DNA from: an uncultured Spirochaetota bacterium
GTDB lineage: Bacteria > Spirochaetota > Spirochaetia > SZUA-6 > Fen-1364
DNA length: 64,000 nucleotides
Assembly: GCA_963734545.1 (NCBI GenBank)
Contig: CAVTHO010000007.1
Coordinates: 256,001-320,000 of the forward strand
Direction of reading: 5' to 3'
This document shows, piece after piece, positions 9,216 to 18,949 of the stretch. Below the pieces are notes generated by a model. It worked only from the letters and a program-made list of their open reading frames with translations. It had not been told where the DNA came from and searched no databases. The stretch's first letter is position 1. Each line of letters opens with the position of its first letter. Both the position numbers and the translations under genes were made by a program.

Positions 9216-10544
9216 TCACTGGTACTGCTGCCCGCGCTCCAGGGGCTCGAATTTCGTGTATTGCTTGAGGAACGTGAGCTGAAGGTCATCGACAGGCCCG
9301 TTGCGCTGTTTTGCCACCGATATCTCGCGCACCGAGGATTTCAGGTCTTCCGTGTGGATGAAGATCACCACGTCCGCGTCCTGCTCGATGGAGCCCGATT
9401 CACGCAGGTCGGCAAGGGTCGGTTTCTTTCCCTCTGTTTCCCTGCGCACCTGGGAGAGAGCAATGACCGGGATATTGAGCTCCCGGGCAAGACCCTTCAG
9501 TGAGCGGGAAACCTCCGCGATCTGCTCGTGCCGGGGCAGGTCCCTGTTTTCAGACCCGATGAGAGTGATGTAGTCGACAAAGACCACCTTCACGCCCTGG
9601 TTGCTCTTCATCCTGCGGGCCTGGGCGCGCAGATCGAGGAGCTTCAGGTCGGGGGAGTCGCTGATGAACAGGGGTGCTTCGTAGAATCGGGAGCATGCGT
9701 CCGTGATCCTGTTGAAATCCGCCGGGCTCAGCATGCCGGTGCGCATTCTCTGCGAATCGAGACGGGCCTCCATGGAAAGCAGGCGCTGCATGATGGCCAT
9801 GCTCGACATTTCGAGGGAAAAAAAGCCCACAGGGATCTTCTGCTTGATGGCCATGTTGGCCGCTATGGTGAGGGCGAATGCCGTCTTCCCCACTGAAGGC
9901 CGGGCGCCAATGACGATGAACTCGGAGTTTTGAAATCCCATGGTGAGCTTGTCGAGGTCGCTGAACCCCGAGGGGATGCCGGTGTACTCGGTCTTCGAAT
10001 GATAGTGCCTCTCTATCGCTTCGAAGGTCTGTTTGACGACCTCCTTGGAGGTGAGGTAGGTGCCCGTCTGGTGCCGGTCGGAAATCTCGAATATCCGCTT
10101 TTCCGCCTCCTCCAGGATGACGCTGATCTGGGAGCCCTCATCGTGCGCCTGGGCTATTATCTCCTGGGAGACCCGGGCAAGGGTGCGCCGTATGCTCGCC
10201 GCCTGCACGATGCGCGCGTAGAACTCCACGTTCGCGCTTGTAGGAACCGCGGATGTGAGGCGGGAGATGTAGGCCGGCCCGCCGCAGAGCTCCAGGGTGC
10301 CCCGCGCGCGCAGCTCTTCCGTAAGTGTGATCAGATCGATCGAGAGCCCTCGATTGGAGAGCTCGATGACCGCTTCGTAGATCCTCTGGTGCGCACCTTT
10401 GTAGAAGTCCTCCGGGCGGACGAGATGGATGATCGCCGGCAGCGCCTCGGTGTCGATGAGAACGGCGCCGAGGGTGGCCACCTCCGCCTCGTCATTGTGG
10501 GAGGGAACCGCGTCCCTCAGGCCGGTTGACATGGCGCTGCTCAC
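9216..10544 (-). CDS. dnaB: Replicative DNA helicase
   Basis: GARPSVGKT, FFSLEMS, VDYITLI, LSQV.R, DLRESGSIEQDADV, AKQRNGP; no intein. Confidence 0.97.
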   Translation of the reverse strand: MSSAMSTGLRDAVPSHNDEAEVATLGAVLIDTEALPAIIHLVRPEDFYKGAHQRIYEAVIELSNRGLSIDLITLTEELRARGTLELCGGPAYISRLTSAVPTSANVEFYARIVQAASIRRTLARVSQEIIAQAHDEGSQISVILEEAEKRIFEISDRHQTGTYLTSKEVVKQTFEAIERHYHSKTEYTGIPSGFSDLDKLTMGFQNSEFIVIGARPSVGKTAFALTIAANMAIKQKIPVGFFSLEMSSMAIMQRLLSMEARLDSQRMRTGMLSPADFNRITDACSRFYEAPLFISDSPDLKLLDLRAQARRMKSNQGVKVVFVDYITLIGSENRDLPRHEQIAEVSRSLKGLARELNIPVIALSQVRRETEGKKPTLADLRESGSIEQDADVVIFIHTEDLKSSVREISVAKQRNGPVDDLQLTFLKQYTKFEPLERGQQYQ

Positions 10545-10574
10545 CGCACCCCCCTTCCCCTGCCGGAATTCCCC

Positions 10575-11177
10575 CTATGTCGCGTCAGGAGAGGCCGGGG
10601 TTTCCTGCTCGCCGGGCTTGGCATCCTTGTGCGCCGCGGCAGGCACGGATTCTGCGGCGGGGGCATCCTTCACCTGCTTCGCCCGCTGCTGCCGCGGCTT
10701 TGCCGGACCCGCTGATCCAGGCTGCGCGGCGCCTTCCACGACGAGCTTGATGATGGCTTCTTCCTTGTCATAGAGGCGGATGCGCACCTTGAACGTTCCC
10801 GTGCTCCTGATCGTGTGCTCGGGAATTTCGATGCGCTTCTTCTCGATCTGGTAGCCTCTCTTTTCCAGCTCCACTCCCACGTTCGTGTTGTTGATGGAGC
10901 CGAAGAGCTTGCCGTTTTCTCCGGCGGGCACGCTGAAGTGGATTTCCTCCGCCTCCAGGCGCTCCTTGAGGCTGGCTGCCTCGAGGCGTTTGCCTTCCTT
11001 CCGTTTCTCTATCGCGGCCCTCTTGTGTCCAAGCGCCGCGAGGAACTCCTTGGTGTGGGGGACCGCGATTTTCTTGGGGAGGAGATAGTTGCGGGCGTAG
11101 CCGTCCGCCACATCCTTGATGTCGCCTTCTTCACCAAGGCCGATCATGTCCTGATTCAGGATCACCTTCATCTGCAA
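10575..11177 (-). CDS. rplI: 50S ribosomal protein L9 with C-terminal extension
   Basis: MKVIL..GLGEEGDIKDVADGYARNYLLP; GKLFGSI. Confidence 0.96.
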   Translation of the reverse strand: MQMKVILNQDMIGLGEEGDIKDVADGYARNYLLPKKIAVPHTKEFLAALGHKRAAIEKRKEGKRLEAASLKERLEAEEIHFSVPAGENGKLFGSINNTNVGVELEKRGYQIEKKRIEIPEHTIRSTGTFKVRIRLYDKEEAIIKLVVEGAAQPGSAGPAKPRQQRAKQVKDAPAAESVPAAAHKDAKPGEQETPASPDAT

Positions 11178-11191
11178 TGGCTCCTTTCGAT

Positions 11192-12202
11192 TCAGCTTTC
11201 TTCAGTCGGCGCCGCGCTCCGGGGAACCCGGTACCGAATCCAGTTTTCAGACACCCCGAGAATGGGGACTGCCAGAATGACGAACAGGCCGGTGCGCGGC
11301 GACACGGCCATGCTCAGCAGCACCGCGATGAGCAGCAGCCAGAGGAGGCGCGGAATCCCATGCTTCTCGAAGAGAAAGCGCAGGATTGCCATGCCCTGCA
11401 GCCCGTACAGGAAGAGCAGCACGAGCCCCACATTCCACGCGGCGTATGCCCAGAACGAGATCCCGAAGGCCAGATCCAGAAGGATGAGGGCCCCCGAGAG
11501 TATGAGCGGCCACAGGTACCACCCCTCCAGGCGGAACGCGGCGAATCGGAATGTCTCGCGCACGCCGAAGATGGCCGACGTGCGCGCCGCCGAGGCCTGT
11601 CCCGCCCACCATGCGAGGGACAGCAGCATGACAACGTCCACCAGAAAGCTCCTCAGGAGAAACGCCAGCACGAGCTCCTGCAACTTTTCAGGGACCAGGA
11701 GGGAGGCGAACAGCGAACCTGCCACGACGTCCGCCGATGAAAAGACCTCTGAAAACATCCTGGCCATGTCGGCGAACAGGTTCGTCATGGACTGCTGGAA
11801 CGGGGCATAGCCGGGCAGCAGAAGCGCGGCGGGGATGGCCGCGATTCCCGCCACAGCGGCAGCGGACAACAGCATCACCAGGGTCCGGGGCCGCCTCTGA
11901 AAAGGAACGTTCATCATCACCATCCCGAGGAACAGCACCAGCACGAACGCGATCTCCACCACGACCATTATGTCCGGCCCGACGGCTCCCCCTGACCGCA
12001 CGAGCGGGAAGAGGCGGATTCCCAGAAAGACGACCAGGAAGACCCCCGAGGCAGCGAACAGACCCTGCATGCCCCTGCGAGATGCCACCACCTGCAGGGG
12101 GATCAGGAACAGCGGGATCATCCCCGTAAAGTACAGGAACAGAGAAGAGATGGTGAAGAGAACAGCCTCCAGCCAAAGCCCGCTCGTGGATCTCTGGTAC
12201 AT
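11192..12202 (-). CDS. DUF2232/YybS family membrane protein
   Basis: Multi-TM; LYGLQG and LGVSENW motifs; located between rpsR and rplI. Confidence 0.85.
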   Translation of the reverse strand: MYQRSTSGLWLEAVLFTISSLFLYFTGMIPLFLIPLQVVASRRGMQGLFAASGVFLVVFLGIRLFPLVRSGGAVGPDIMVVVEIAFVLVLFLGMVMMNVPFQRRPRTLVMLLSAAAVAGIAAIPAALLLPGYAPFQQSMTNLFADMARMFSEVFSSADVVAGSLFASLLVPEKLQELVLAFLLRSFLVDVVMLLSLAWWAGQASAARTSAIFGVRETFRFAAFRLEGWYLWPLILSGALILLDLAFGISFWAYAAWNVGLVLLFLYGLQGMAILRFLFEKHGIPRLLWLLLIAVLLSMAVSPRTGLFVILAVPILGVSENWIRYRVPRSAAPTEES

Positions 12203-12260
12203 CTGCCCACCGTCGCGCTCACAGTGAGCCGTGAATCCTCACGACCCCTCTATGTGCGCT

Positions 12261-12737
12261 CTATCTCGCGACGTAGGGGAGGAGCGCGAGGCTGCGCGCG
12301 CGCTTGATGGCCCTTGCGAGCTCACGCTGGTGCTTGGCGCAGGTTCCCGTGATCCGACGCGGCATGATTTTGCCCCGCTCGGAGGTGAATCGTTTCAGAG
12401 CGCCCCCGTCCTTCCAGTCGATTGTCGCTTTCTTTATGCAGAACTTGCACACCTTTCTCTTGAAGAAAGTCTTGTGCCGGCCTCCTCTGCCCTGGTAGCC
12501 TCCGCGATCTCCCCGATCTCCGCGATCTCCCCGATCAGCACCGAAACCGCCTTCCCGCCTGAACCCGCCTTCCCGTCGAAACCCGCCCGGCCTGTCACCC
12601 TGTGGGCGGTCGCCCTGAGGACGGTCGCCCTGTGGACGGTCGCCCTGTGGACGATCGCCGTGCGGACGGTCTGAACCTGCCGGGGCCCCCTCAGGGGGTC
12701 GAGCCGGGGAATCGGGTGTATGGGGATTATCTGACAT
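12261..12737 (-). CDS. rpsR: 30S ribosomal protein S18 with long repetitive N-terminal extension
   Basis: [42 protein letters not shown]. Confidence 0.96.
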   Translation of the reverse strand: MSDNPHTPDSPARPPEGAPAGSDRPHGDRPQGDRPQGDRPQGDRPQGDRPGGFRREGGFRREGGFGADRGDRGDRGDRGGYQGRGGRHKTFFKRKVCKFCIKKATIDWKDGGALKRFTSERGKIMPRRITGTCAKHQRELARAIKRARSLALLPYVAR

Positions 12738-12758
12738 GCTCTTTATCCTCTCTCTTTC

Positions 12759-13211
12759 CTAGAATGGGATGTCGTCTTCGAAATTGTCCGGGGCAGGCGC
12801 TCCGCTCTCGGGGAAGTCCCCGCCGCCCGCGGTGGTCTTTGCTTCCGCTCCCTGTCCGCCGCCGCCCTGGCGGGAGCCTCCGCCGCTTCCGCCGCCAAGA
12901 AGCATCACGTTGGTGGCAAAGATCTCCACCTTGCTCCTGGCCTGGCCCTCCTGCTCCCAGCGGTTCTGTCGGAGCTGGCCCTCGATGCCCACCTGCTTGC
13001 CCTTGACCAGGTACTGGTTCAGAGATTCCGCGGTCTTTCCCCAGAGGACGATGTCGAAGAAGTGGGACTCGTCCACCCACTGGTCATCTTTCTTCCTTCT
13101 CTGGTTGATCGCGATGCTGAACTTGCTGACCGCGGAGCCATTGTTCGTGTACTTCAGCTCCGCGTTCCGCGTCAGCCTGCCCACGAGCACCACGTGATTG
13201 ATGTCTGCCAT
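12759..13211 (-). CDS. ssb: Single-stranded DNA-binding protein
   Basis: NHVVLVGRLTR OB fold; C-terminal DDIPF. Confidence 0.97.
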   Translation of the reverse strand: MADINHVVLVGRLTRNAELKYTNNGSAVSKFSIAINQRRKKDDQWVDESHFFDIVLWGKTAESLNQYLVKGKQVGIEGQLRQNRWEQEGQARSKVEIFATNVMLLGGGSGGGSRQGGGGQGAEAKTTAGGGDFPESGAPAPDNFEDDIPF

Positions 13212-13230
13212 ACCGCCCTCCCGGAGGAAG

Positions 13231-13512
13231 CTAATTGTCCTGGCGGACGAACAGGTACTTCAGTATCTCTGGCCTGAGCTTGAGTGACTTGTTCAGCGCC
13301 CGAAGGGGCTCGGGGGCGCTCTCAATGATGTACAGGACATAGCGACCCCGGTCATTCTTGCGTACCGGGTACGCGAGGAGCCGGTCTCCCATGTCCTCTT
13401 CTTTTTTGATTGTGATCCCCGAGCTGTCGAATTCCTTCCTCAGGAACTCCCGCCCCGCCTGGTGCTGGGCTTCCTCGCTCGCGAAGATCACTACCGCTTC
13501 GTAGGTCTTCAT
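13231..13512 (-). CDS. rpsF: 30S ribosomal protein S6
   Basis: MKTYE..I, GDRLLAYPV.K..GRY; heads rpsF-ssb-rpsR. Confidence 0.95.
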   Translation of the reverse strand: MKTYEAVVIFASEEAQHQAGREFLRKEFDSSGITIKKEEDMGDRLLAYPVRKNDRGRYVLYIIESAPEPLRALNKSLKLRPEILKYLFVRQDN

Positions 13513-13520
13513 CTGTCGTT

Positions 13521-13567
13521 CCTCCCTGTGGACGTACGACTCGCGCCGATGACGCGAGTAAAGAGGT
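13521..13567 (-). promoter_or_regulatory. Putative S6:S18 ribosomal protein leader RNA
   Basis: Minus strand ACCTCTTT-ACTCGCG-TCATCGG-CGCGAGT-..CCA-CAGGGAGG: anti-SD/SD stem, inner hairpin and CCR, as in the S6:S18 motif. Confidence 0.65.
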
Positions 13568-13639
13568 AAAAGCCACGATAGCGGCCGGGAGGCTCCCTGT
13601 CAAGTGACCCTCGGATTACACCGATCATGGGAGTGTACA

Positions 13640-14101
13640 ATGACCCGCAGAATCAACTACGAGGACGATATCTTCACGCTTGCGCTTCAGGTGCGCTGTC
13701 TCCAGGACACGTTGAAGCTCGAGGTCGACCCGGAGCTGTTCAAAGAGAGACTCCTGGGGGACATCGCGTGGATCGATGCCACGATCAGCCGCCTGTACCA
13801 GAGCCTCAAGGAGAGCTCGCTTTTCGTCAAGCGCCAGGAGCATCTCAAGGAGCTGCAGAAGCTCAAGCGCGCGTTTGCGGGGGCCCTGGATGCCCTGGTA
13901 GAGAAGCGCGCACCCTTTGCCGTCCACATCGTGGAGAAGAGTGGGGAACTGCGCGGCATACGGGATTCGCATCTGCGGGACATCGAGGAAATCAGGTCGA
14001 TTCTGGCGGGAAAGGGCGCTCCTGAGGTGGAGCACATGGTGTCGACCGAGGAGCTCAAATTCCTCATGACCTCTGACGAGGAAGAGAACGAGGGAACGTA
14101 G
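13640..14101 (+). CDS. Hypothetical helical protein
   Basis: 153-aa ORF MTRRINYEDDIF..VSTEELKFLM with coding-like codon usage; divergent from rpsF. Confidence 0.75.
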   Translation: MTRRINYEDDIFTLALQVRCLQDTLKLEVDPELFKERLLGDIAWIDATISRLYQSLKESSLFVKRQEHLKELQKLKRAFAGALDALVEKRAPFAVHIVEKSGELRGIRDSHLRDIEEIRSILAGKGAPEVEHMVSTEELKFLMTSDEEENEGT

Positions 14102-14200
14102 GCACGGATGCCGAGAGCGAGCCCATAGGCACGGATGCCGAGGGCGAGCGAGTCCAGGGATGGACGAGAGCGAGCCCATAGGCACGGGCTCGCGGCGCGC
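14099..14200 (+). repeat. Modular palindromic intergenic repeat (REP-like), copy A
   Basis: TAGGCACGGATGCCGAG(A/G)GCGAGC twice, then GTCCAGGGATGGACGAGAGCGAGCCC; 14133-14177 matches 62170-62214 at 44/45 nt. Confidence 0.9.
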
Positions 14201-14226
14201 CTTCGCGGGCACCTGCGCGGAGGCAC

Positions 14227-14256
14227 TTGACCTTCCTCTCCCATCCTATGTACTGT
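14227..14256 (+). promoter_or_regulatory. Sigma70-type promoter for rplU operon
   Basis: TTGACC-N18-TACTGT. Confidence 0.55.
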
Positions 14257-14349
14257 ACGGGCAGAATTCAGAGGCACGTCACTCGTGCGCTCAACGCAGA
14301 GCGCCGGATGGGGAGCGCCCGAACAGGCTTACGACAGGGGTGAGCAGGC

Positions 14350-14667
14350 ATGTACGTTCTGGTTGATATTCTAGGCAAACAGTACAAGGTCGAGCAGGGA
14401 AGCGTCCTGAAGGTGGACCACCTTTCGCAGGAGAAGGGCGCCCAGGTGGAATTCCCCTCGGTCCTCATGGTATCCGATGGCGCAACTGCAAAAATCGGCA
14501 ACCCGTACCTCTCCGGCGTGACCGTGCGGGCGGTGGTCGAGGACCACGGGAAAGCGCGCAAGCTCGTGTTCGGCAAGTACAAGAAGAAGAAGAACTACCG
14601 GCGGCGGTACGGTCATCGCCAGCAGTACTCTCTCATCAAGGTAGAGGGCATCAACGGCGTCGGCTGA
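14350..14667 (+). CDS. rplU: 50S ribosomal protein L21
   Basis: MYVLV..GKQYKV, GNPYL, GHRQQYS. Confidence 0.96.
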   Translation: MYVLVDILGKQYKVEQGSVLKVDHLSQEKGAQVEFPSVLMVSDGATAKIGNPYLSGVTVRAVVEDHGKARKLVFGKYKKKKNYRRRYGHRQQYSLIKVEGINGVG

Positions 14668-14695
14668 TACTCCTGTCGTACGCATCTTCCTTGCC

Positions 14696-15010
14696 GTGTC
14701 GCCCGACGGTCTCCTGCGCCGCCTCGAGGCGGAGGGACACGCAGGCGTCAAGGCCGCGGGAGGCAACATCGCGTGCGCGGCCGTTTCCATGCTTCTGCGG
14801 ACTGCGGGTCGCGTCTGCGCACAGCGGGGATTGGCGGTGGAGGGCGGAGCGGAGAGTCCGGGTGAGATGAGACTGGTCGTGCCCCCCGGAGCGGATGCCG
14901 ATACAGGGTGGCTTCGGGGAGTGACGGATTTTCTTTTGAGAGGCGTAAATGATCTGAAGGACGAATTCCCGAAAGAGATCGTCCTTCGGGTGGAAATGAC
15001 GGAGGGATGA
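14696..15010 (+). CDS. prp: Ribosomal-processing cysteine protease Prp (YsxB); true start may be slightly upstream
   Basis: EGHAG and NIACAAVS catalytic His/Cys motifs; between rplU and rpmA. Confidence 0.88.
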   Translation: MSPDGLLRRLEAEGHAGVKAAGGNIACAAVSMLLRTAGRVCAQRGLAVEGGAESPGEMRLVVPPGADADTGWLRGVTDFLLRGVNDLKDEFPKEIVLRVEMTEG

Positions 15011-15011
15011 A

Positions 15012-15266
15012 GTGGGACGCAAGAAAGGCGGCGCCGCGAAGAATGGCCGTGATTCGCAGTCGAAGAGACTGGGGATCAAGAGGTACGCGGGCCAGGCGGT
15101 CCGAGCGGGGACCATCATAGTCCGCCAGAGGGGGACCAAGTTCCACCCGGGCGAACGCGTGGGGAGGGGCCGCGACGACACCCTGTTCGCGCTCGTGGAC
15201 GGAAATGTTGTCTTCCATAGCAGGAAGGGAAGGAATTTCGTCGCCATCCAGCCTACGCAGAACTGA
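15012..15266 (+). CDS. rpmA: 50S ribosomal protein L27
   Basis: [38 protein letters not shown]. Confidence 0.97.
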   Translation: MGRKKGGAAKNGRDSQSKRLGIKRYAGQAVRAGTIIVRQRGTKFHPGERVGRGRDDTLFALVDGNVVFHSRKGRNFVAIQPTQN

Positions 15267-15272
15267 GACCTC

Positions 15273-16301
15273 GTGAACGGCTTCGTGGATGAGACAACGA
15301 TCGTCGTCTCGTCCGGCAAGGGGGGCGACGGGGCCGTGTCCTTCCGAAGGGAGAAGTACGTGCCGCGCGGCGGTCCCGACGGAGGAGACGGCGGCAAGGG
15401 CGGCGACGTAATCTTTATCGTAAAATCCAACCTGAAAACCCTTTCCCATCTCAAGCTCAGGCGGATCTTCAAGGCAGCGGACGGCGGCCGCGGCGCCGGG
15501 CAGAAGATGCATGGGAAGGATGGCAAGGACGCTCTCATCCCCGTGCCTCCCGGCACGGTGCTCCGCGATCCCGAGACAGGGGATTCTCTTGCTGATCTGA
15601 CGGGAGTGACCGAGCAGTTCGTCTTCCTGCGGGGCGGCCGCGGAGGAAAGGGAAACTCCCACTACGCGACACCGGTGAACCAGGCGCCCCGCTATGCCCA
15701 GAAGGGCGGAGAGGGCAACACGCGCGAGCTGAAGGCCGAGCTGCATCTCATAGCGGACATCGGCCTCGTGGGCCAGCCGAACGCCGGGAAATCGACCCTT
15801 CTCTCGATTCTCACGAATGCCCACCCCCTGATCGCCGACTATCCTTTCACCACGAAATCGCCGAATCTCGGCCTGCTGCGACTGCCGGAGCGGGACGTGA
15901 TCCTGGCCGACATCCCCGGTATCGTGGAGGGGGCTTCGCAGGGCAAGGGGCTCGGCCTCCGTTTTCTCCGGCACATCGAGCGCTGCGCCGCGCTGCTGTA
16001 CCTCGTCGACTTGTCCGGGGAAGAGTGCCCGGCAACGGTGCGCGTCCTGCAGGAGGAGCTTGCTTCCTACGCGGCCGTTCTCTCGGCCCGGCCGCGCCTT
16101 CTCGTGGGAACAAAGCTCGACCTGCCCCGGGCCCCGCAGGGCCTCGCGGATCTGCAGTCCGCCTTTCCGGAAGACCGCATCCTTGCGATTTCCTCCTTCT
16201 CCCGCGAGGGGGTCAGCGAGCTGAAGAAGGCAATCCTCGGCCTCGTGGGCGCGGCCGGGGCAGCGGTCGGGGGCAACGGACGGGGAGGAGAGGGACAATG
16301 A
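15273..16301 (+). CDS. obgE: GTPase ObgE/CgtA
   Basis: FRREKYVPRGGPDGGDGG, GQPNAGKST, YPFTT, DIPG, TKLD. Confidence 0.97.
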   Translation: MNGFVDETTIVVSSGKGGDGAVSFRREKYVPRGGPDGGDGGKGGDVIFIVKSNLKTLSHLKLRRIFKAADGGRGAGQKMHGKDGKDALIPVPPGTVLRDPETGDSLADLTGVTEQFVFLRGGRGGKGNSHYATPVNQAPRYAQKGGEGNTRELKAELHLIADIGLVGQPNAGKSTLLSILTNAHPLIADYPFTTKSPNLGLLRLPERDVILADIPGIVEGASQGKGLGLRFLRHIERCAALLYLVDLSGEECPATVRVLQEELASYAAVLSARPRLLVGTKLDLPRAPQGLADLQSAFPEDRILAISSFSREGVSELKKAILGLVGAAGAAVGGNGRGGEGQ

Positions 16302-16870
16302 AGGCCGTTGTCCTGGGAGGCACATTCAATCCCGTGCACTATGGCCACCTTTTTGTCGCGGAAGAAGTGCGCACCGCGCTGGGATATGACACGGTCATTT
16401 TCGTTCCGGCCAACCAGCCCGTGCACAAGGACCGGGCGCCCATACTCGTGCCGGAGCACCGGCTTGCCATGCTCCGTCTTGCGGTCCGGGACCACGACGA
16501 GTTCATCGTGGATGCAGGCGACATCGAACGCGGCGGGCCCTCCTATTCGATCGACACGGTCGCGGATCTCATCCCCCGGTACGGCATCGTGGGGAAACCC
16601 GGGTTTGTCATCGGGGATGATCTCGTGGCGGGCTTTCCCACCTGGAAGAACGTGGAACGGCTCGTGGAGATAGTCGATCTCGTGGTGGCCAGGAGAACGC
16701 TGGCGGGGCCCGTGCAGCTCGCGCATCCGCACCGCATCGTCACGAACACGGTTCTCCCCATCTCCTCGTCGGAGATACGGCGGAGACTGGGCGAGGGCAG
16801 GACCGTGAAGTACCTCCTTCCCGACCCGGTGCTCGCCTATATCAGGGACAACAAGCTGTATGGACGATAG
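16298..16870 (+). CDS. nadD: Nicotinate-nucleotide adenylyltransferase
   Basis: GGTFNPVHYGH, SYSIDT, ISSSEIR; ATG at 16298 after GGAGAGG. Confidence 0.95.
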   Translation: MKAVVLGGTFNPVHYGHLFVAEEVRTALGYDTVIFVPANQPVHKDRAPILVPEHRLAMLRLAVRDHDEFIVDAGDIERGGPSYSIDTVADLIPRYGIVGKPGFVIGDDLVAGFPTWKNVERLVEIVDLVVARRTLAGPVQLAHPHRIVTNTVLPISSSEIRRRLGEGRTVKYLLPDPVLAYIRDNKLYGR

Positions 16871-17438
16871 AAACGTCTGGCGATCGAGGGCTTCTGCGCT
16901 CGTGGAAGCGAGTCTCTCGAAGGCGAGGCTCAGCCATTCCCGCGAAGTGGCGCGTCTGGCGAGCGAGCTGTGCGACAGGTTCCACGCGGATGAAGAGAAA
17001 GGCTACATCGCCGGAATGGCGCACGACCTTGCCCGTGAGCTGGACCCGGCCGAAATCTTCCTCCTTGCGGAGACGGATGGGCTGCCTCTGAGCGAATGGG
17101 AGCGGGCAAATCCGCTGCTCCTGCACGGCCGCGCCGCCGCGGCCATCCTCAGCAAGCATACAGGCTACAATGACCGGGAGACCCTTCAGGCCATCCGCGA
17201 CCACGTGACAGGACGCGGGGCCATGGGCCCCATCTCCAAGATCGTGTTCGTCGCCGATTTTCTGGAGCCGACACGGGATTTCGTCTCCCCGGAGTTTCGC
17301 CGGCGGTCTCTCGGCCTCAGCCTCGACGAGATGACGCTCGCGGTTCTCGAGCGCAAGATCCACTACGTGCGCGCCGAGTCGCGGGAGATCGCCCCGGACG
17401 CGCAGGCGCTGCATGCGGAGCTCACGTCCCATGCTTGA
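16860..17438 (+). CDS. yqeK: YqeK family HD hydrolase (Ap4A hydrolase)
   Basis: RLSHS, HDLARE, LLHG, HVTG, ADFLEPTR; follows nadD. Confidence 0.9.
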   Translation: MDDRNVWRSRASALVEASLSKARLSHSREVARLASELCDRFHADEEKGYIAGMAHDLARELDPAEIFLLAETDGLPLSEWERANPLLLHGRAAAAILSKHTGYNDRETLQAIRDHVTGRGAMGPISKIVFVADFLEPTRDFVSPEFRRRSLGLSLDEMTLAVLERKIHYVRAESREIAPDAQALHAELTSHA

Positions 17439-18615
17439 CAGGCGCAGCCGCAGAGCGGACAGGAGCATCATCCTTCTCGTGCTGATCGTCGTGATCATCG
17501 CGGCCACCGGACTCTATGCCTATGTTCAGCTGCGGGTGGATCAGATTACCGAGGCGCTCAAGAAAAAGCTCCCTCTCGCTACGCTCTTCGTGATATCCGA
17601 CGGGGACAAGCCCCTCTTTTTCGAGGTATTCTTCTACAACCCCGATACGCGCAAAGGATCGCTTTTCTACGTGCCGACGAATCTCGGCGGCGTGATCGCC
17701 GACATCAACAAGGTGGACGGGCTGGACGTGCTGTACCGCCGATCCAACCCCGCCCCGCTCGCGCGGAAGATCGAGAGCCTGATGGGCGTTTCCCTGCAGA
17801 CGGTCATCGACATCAGCAGGGAAGACGTGGGAAAGGTGGTCGATCTGATCGGGGGCGTGGACGTGTTCATTCCCAACCCCGTGGATTTCACGCAGGAGGG
17901 AAAGCGCATTCTCCTCCCCTCGGGGAGCGTGACGCTGGACGGCGACAAGGCCCTGGATTTCATCAGCTACCAGGATCCCCTGGAGTCCGACACGGAAAGG
18001 ATCGGCCGCAGGCAGAAGTTCCTCCAGGCCCTGCTGAAGGGGCTCGGAGAGAACAACGTGTTCCTCATGCAGCGGGCACCCTTCAGAGTGCTGCGCGGGC
18101 TCCTGCGCACCAACCTTCCCCCGCGCGCGCTCGGCGCATTCGTCACCGAAATGGGCCGCTTCGATTCGGAGCGGATGGTGCTGCAGCGAGTCCTGGGCAC
18201 CACCCGCTCGGTCGACGGCCGCGATCTGCTGTTCCCTCACCAGGAAGGGGAGCTGTTCAAGCAGGCCGTGAAGCAGACCCTCGCGGCCAACGCGTCGAAC
18301 GAGTTCATCCCGCCCGACTCGCTCTCCATCACCGTGGAGGTGCTCAACGGGACGAAAACCCCCGGGCTGGCCACCCGGGCGCGAGACCTCTTTCAAAGCT
18401 ATGACCTGGAGGTCATGGCGCCCAACAACGCCGACAACGACCAGTACCTGAACACGGTGGTGCTGGACAGGAAGGGCAACCTGGACAACGCGCGCAAGGT
18501 GGCGGATATACTCCACTGCTCGAGGATCTTTTCGAAACCTGACCCGCAGATGGACCAGGCGGTGGACGTGACGGTGATTCTCGGCAAGGATTTCGATGGC
18601 AGATATGTCAAGTAG
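17431..18615 (+). CDS. LCP family protein with LytR C-terminal domain
   Basis: N-terminal TM; VDLIGGV, LDGDKAL, RIGRRQ; C-terminal VEVLNGT..GLA and DVTVILGKDF. Confidence 0.9.
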   Translation: MLDRRSRRADRSIILLVLIVVIIAATGLYAYVQLRVDQITEALKKKLPLATLFVISDGDKPLFFEVFFYNPDTRKGSLFYVPTNLGGVIADINKVDGLDVLYRRSNPAPLARKIESLMGVSLQTVIDISREDVGKVVDLIGGVDVFIPNPVDFTQEGKRILLPSGSVTLDGDKALDFISYQDPLESDTERIGRRQKFLQALLKGLGENNVFLMQRAPFRVLRGLLRTNLPPRALGAFVTEMGRFDSERMVLQRVLGTTRSVDGRDLLFPHQEGELFKQAVKQTLAANASNEFIPPDSLSITVEVLNGTKTPGLATRARDLFQSYDLEVMAPNNADNDQYLNTVVLDRKGNLDNARKVADILHCSRIFSKPDPQMDQAVDVTVILGKDFDGRYVK

Positions 18616-18949
18616 AAGGGATGCGGCGCTGGCCGCCGCCCGTCTTATCGAGGATCACAAGGGCGAAGACACGGTGGTGCTGGACATCAGCGGCGTTTCC
18701 ACGATCGCCGACTTTTTCATCATTTCCACCGCGCGCAGCGCCGCGCACCTCACCGGTCTGCTCCGCGAGCTCACCGTGTTCTTCCATGAACGAAACGTTC
18801 TCCCATTGAACAGACACAAGGGCAGGGAGGAAAAAGGGTGGCTGCTGCTGGATTGCGGGGACTTTGTCATACATCTGATGGAGAAGGAACAGCGGGCTTT
18901 TTACGACCTTGAGCGGCTGTGGTTCAAGGCCGAGCGGGTTACTTACTGA
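18596..18949 (+). CDS. rsfS: Ribosome silencing factor RsfS
   Basis: KGEDTVVLD, DFFII, WLLLDCGDFVIH, RAFYDLERLW. Confidence 0.95.
   Translation: MADMSSRRDAALAAARLIEDHKGEDTVVLDISGVSTIADFFIISTARSAAHLTGLLRELTVFFHERNVLPLNRHKGREEKGWLLLDCGDFVIHLMEKEQRAFYDLERLWFKAERVTY

Noticed and set aside
14099-14200. CRISPR-like array
   Set aside because: Units are adjacent with no unique spacers; better described as REP-like tandem modules
14270-14349. L21 leader RNA upstream of rplU
   Set aside because: Short hairpins are present, but the match to the known motif could not be confirmed by eye
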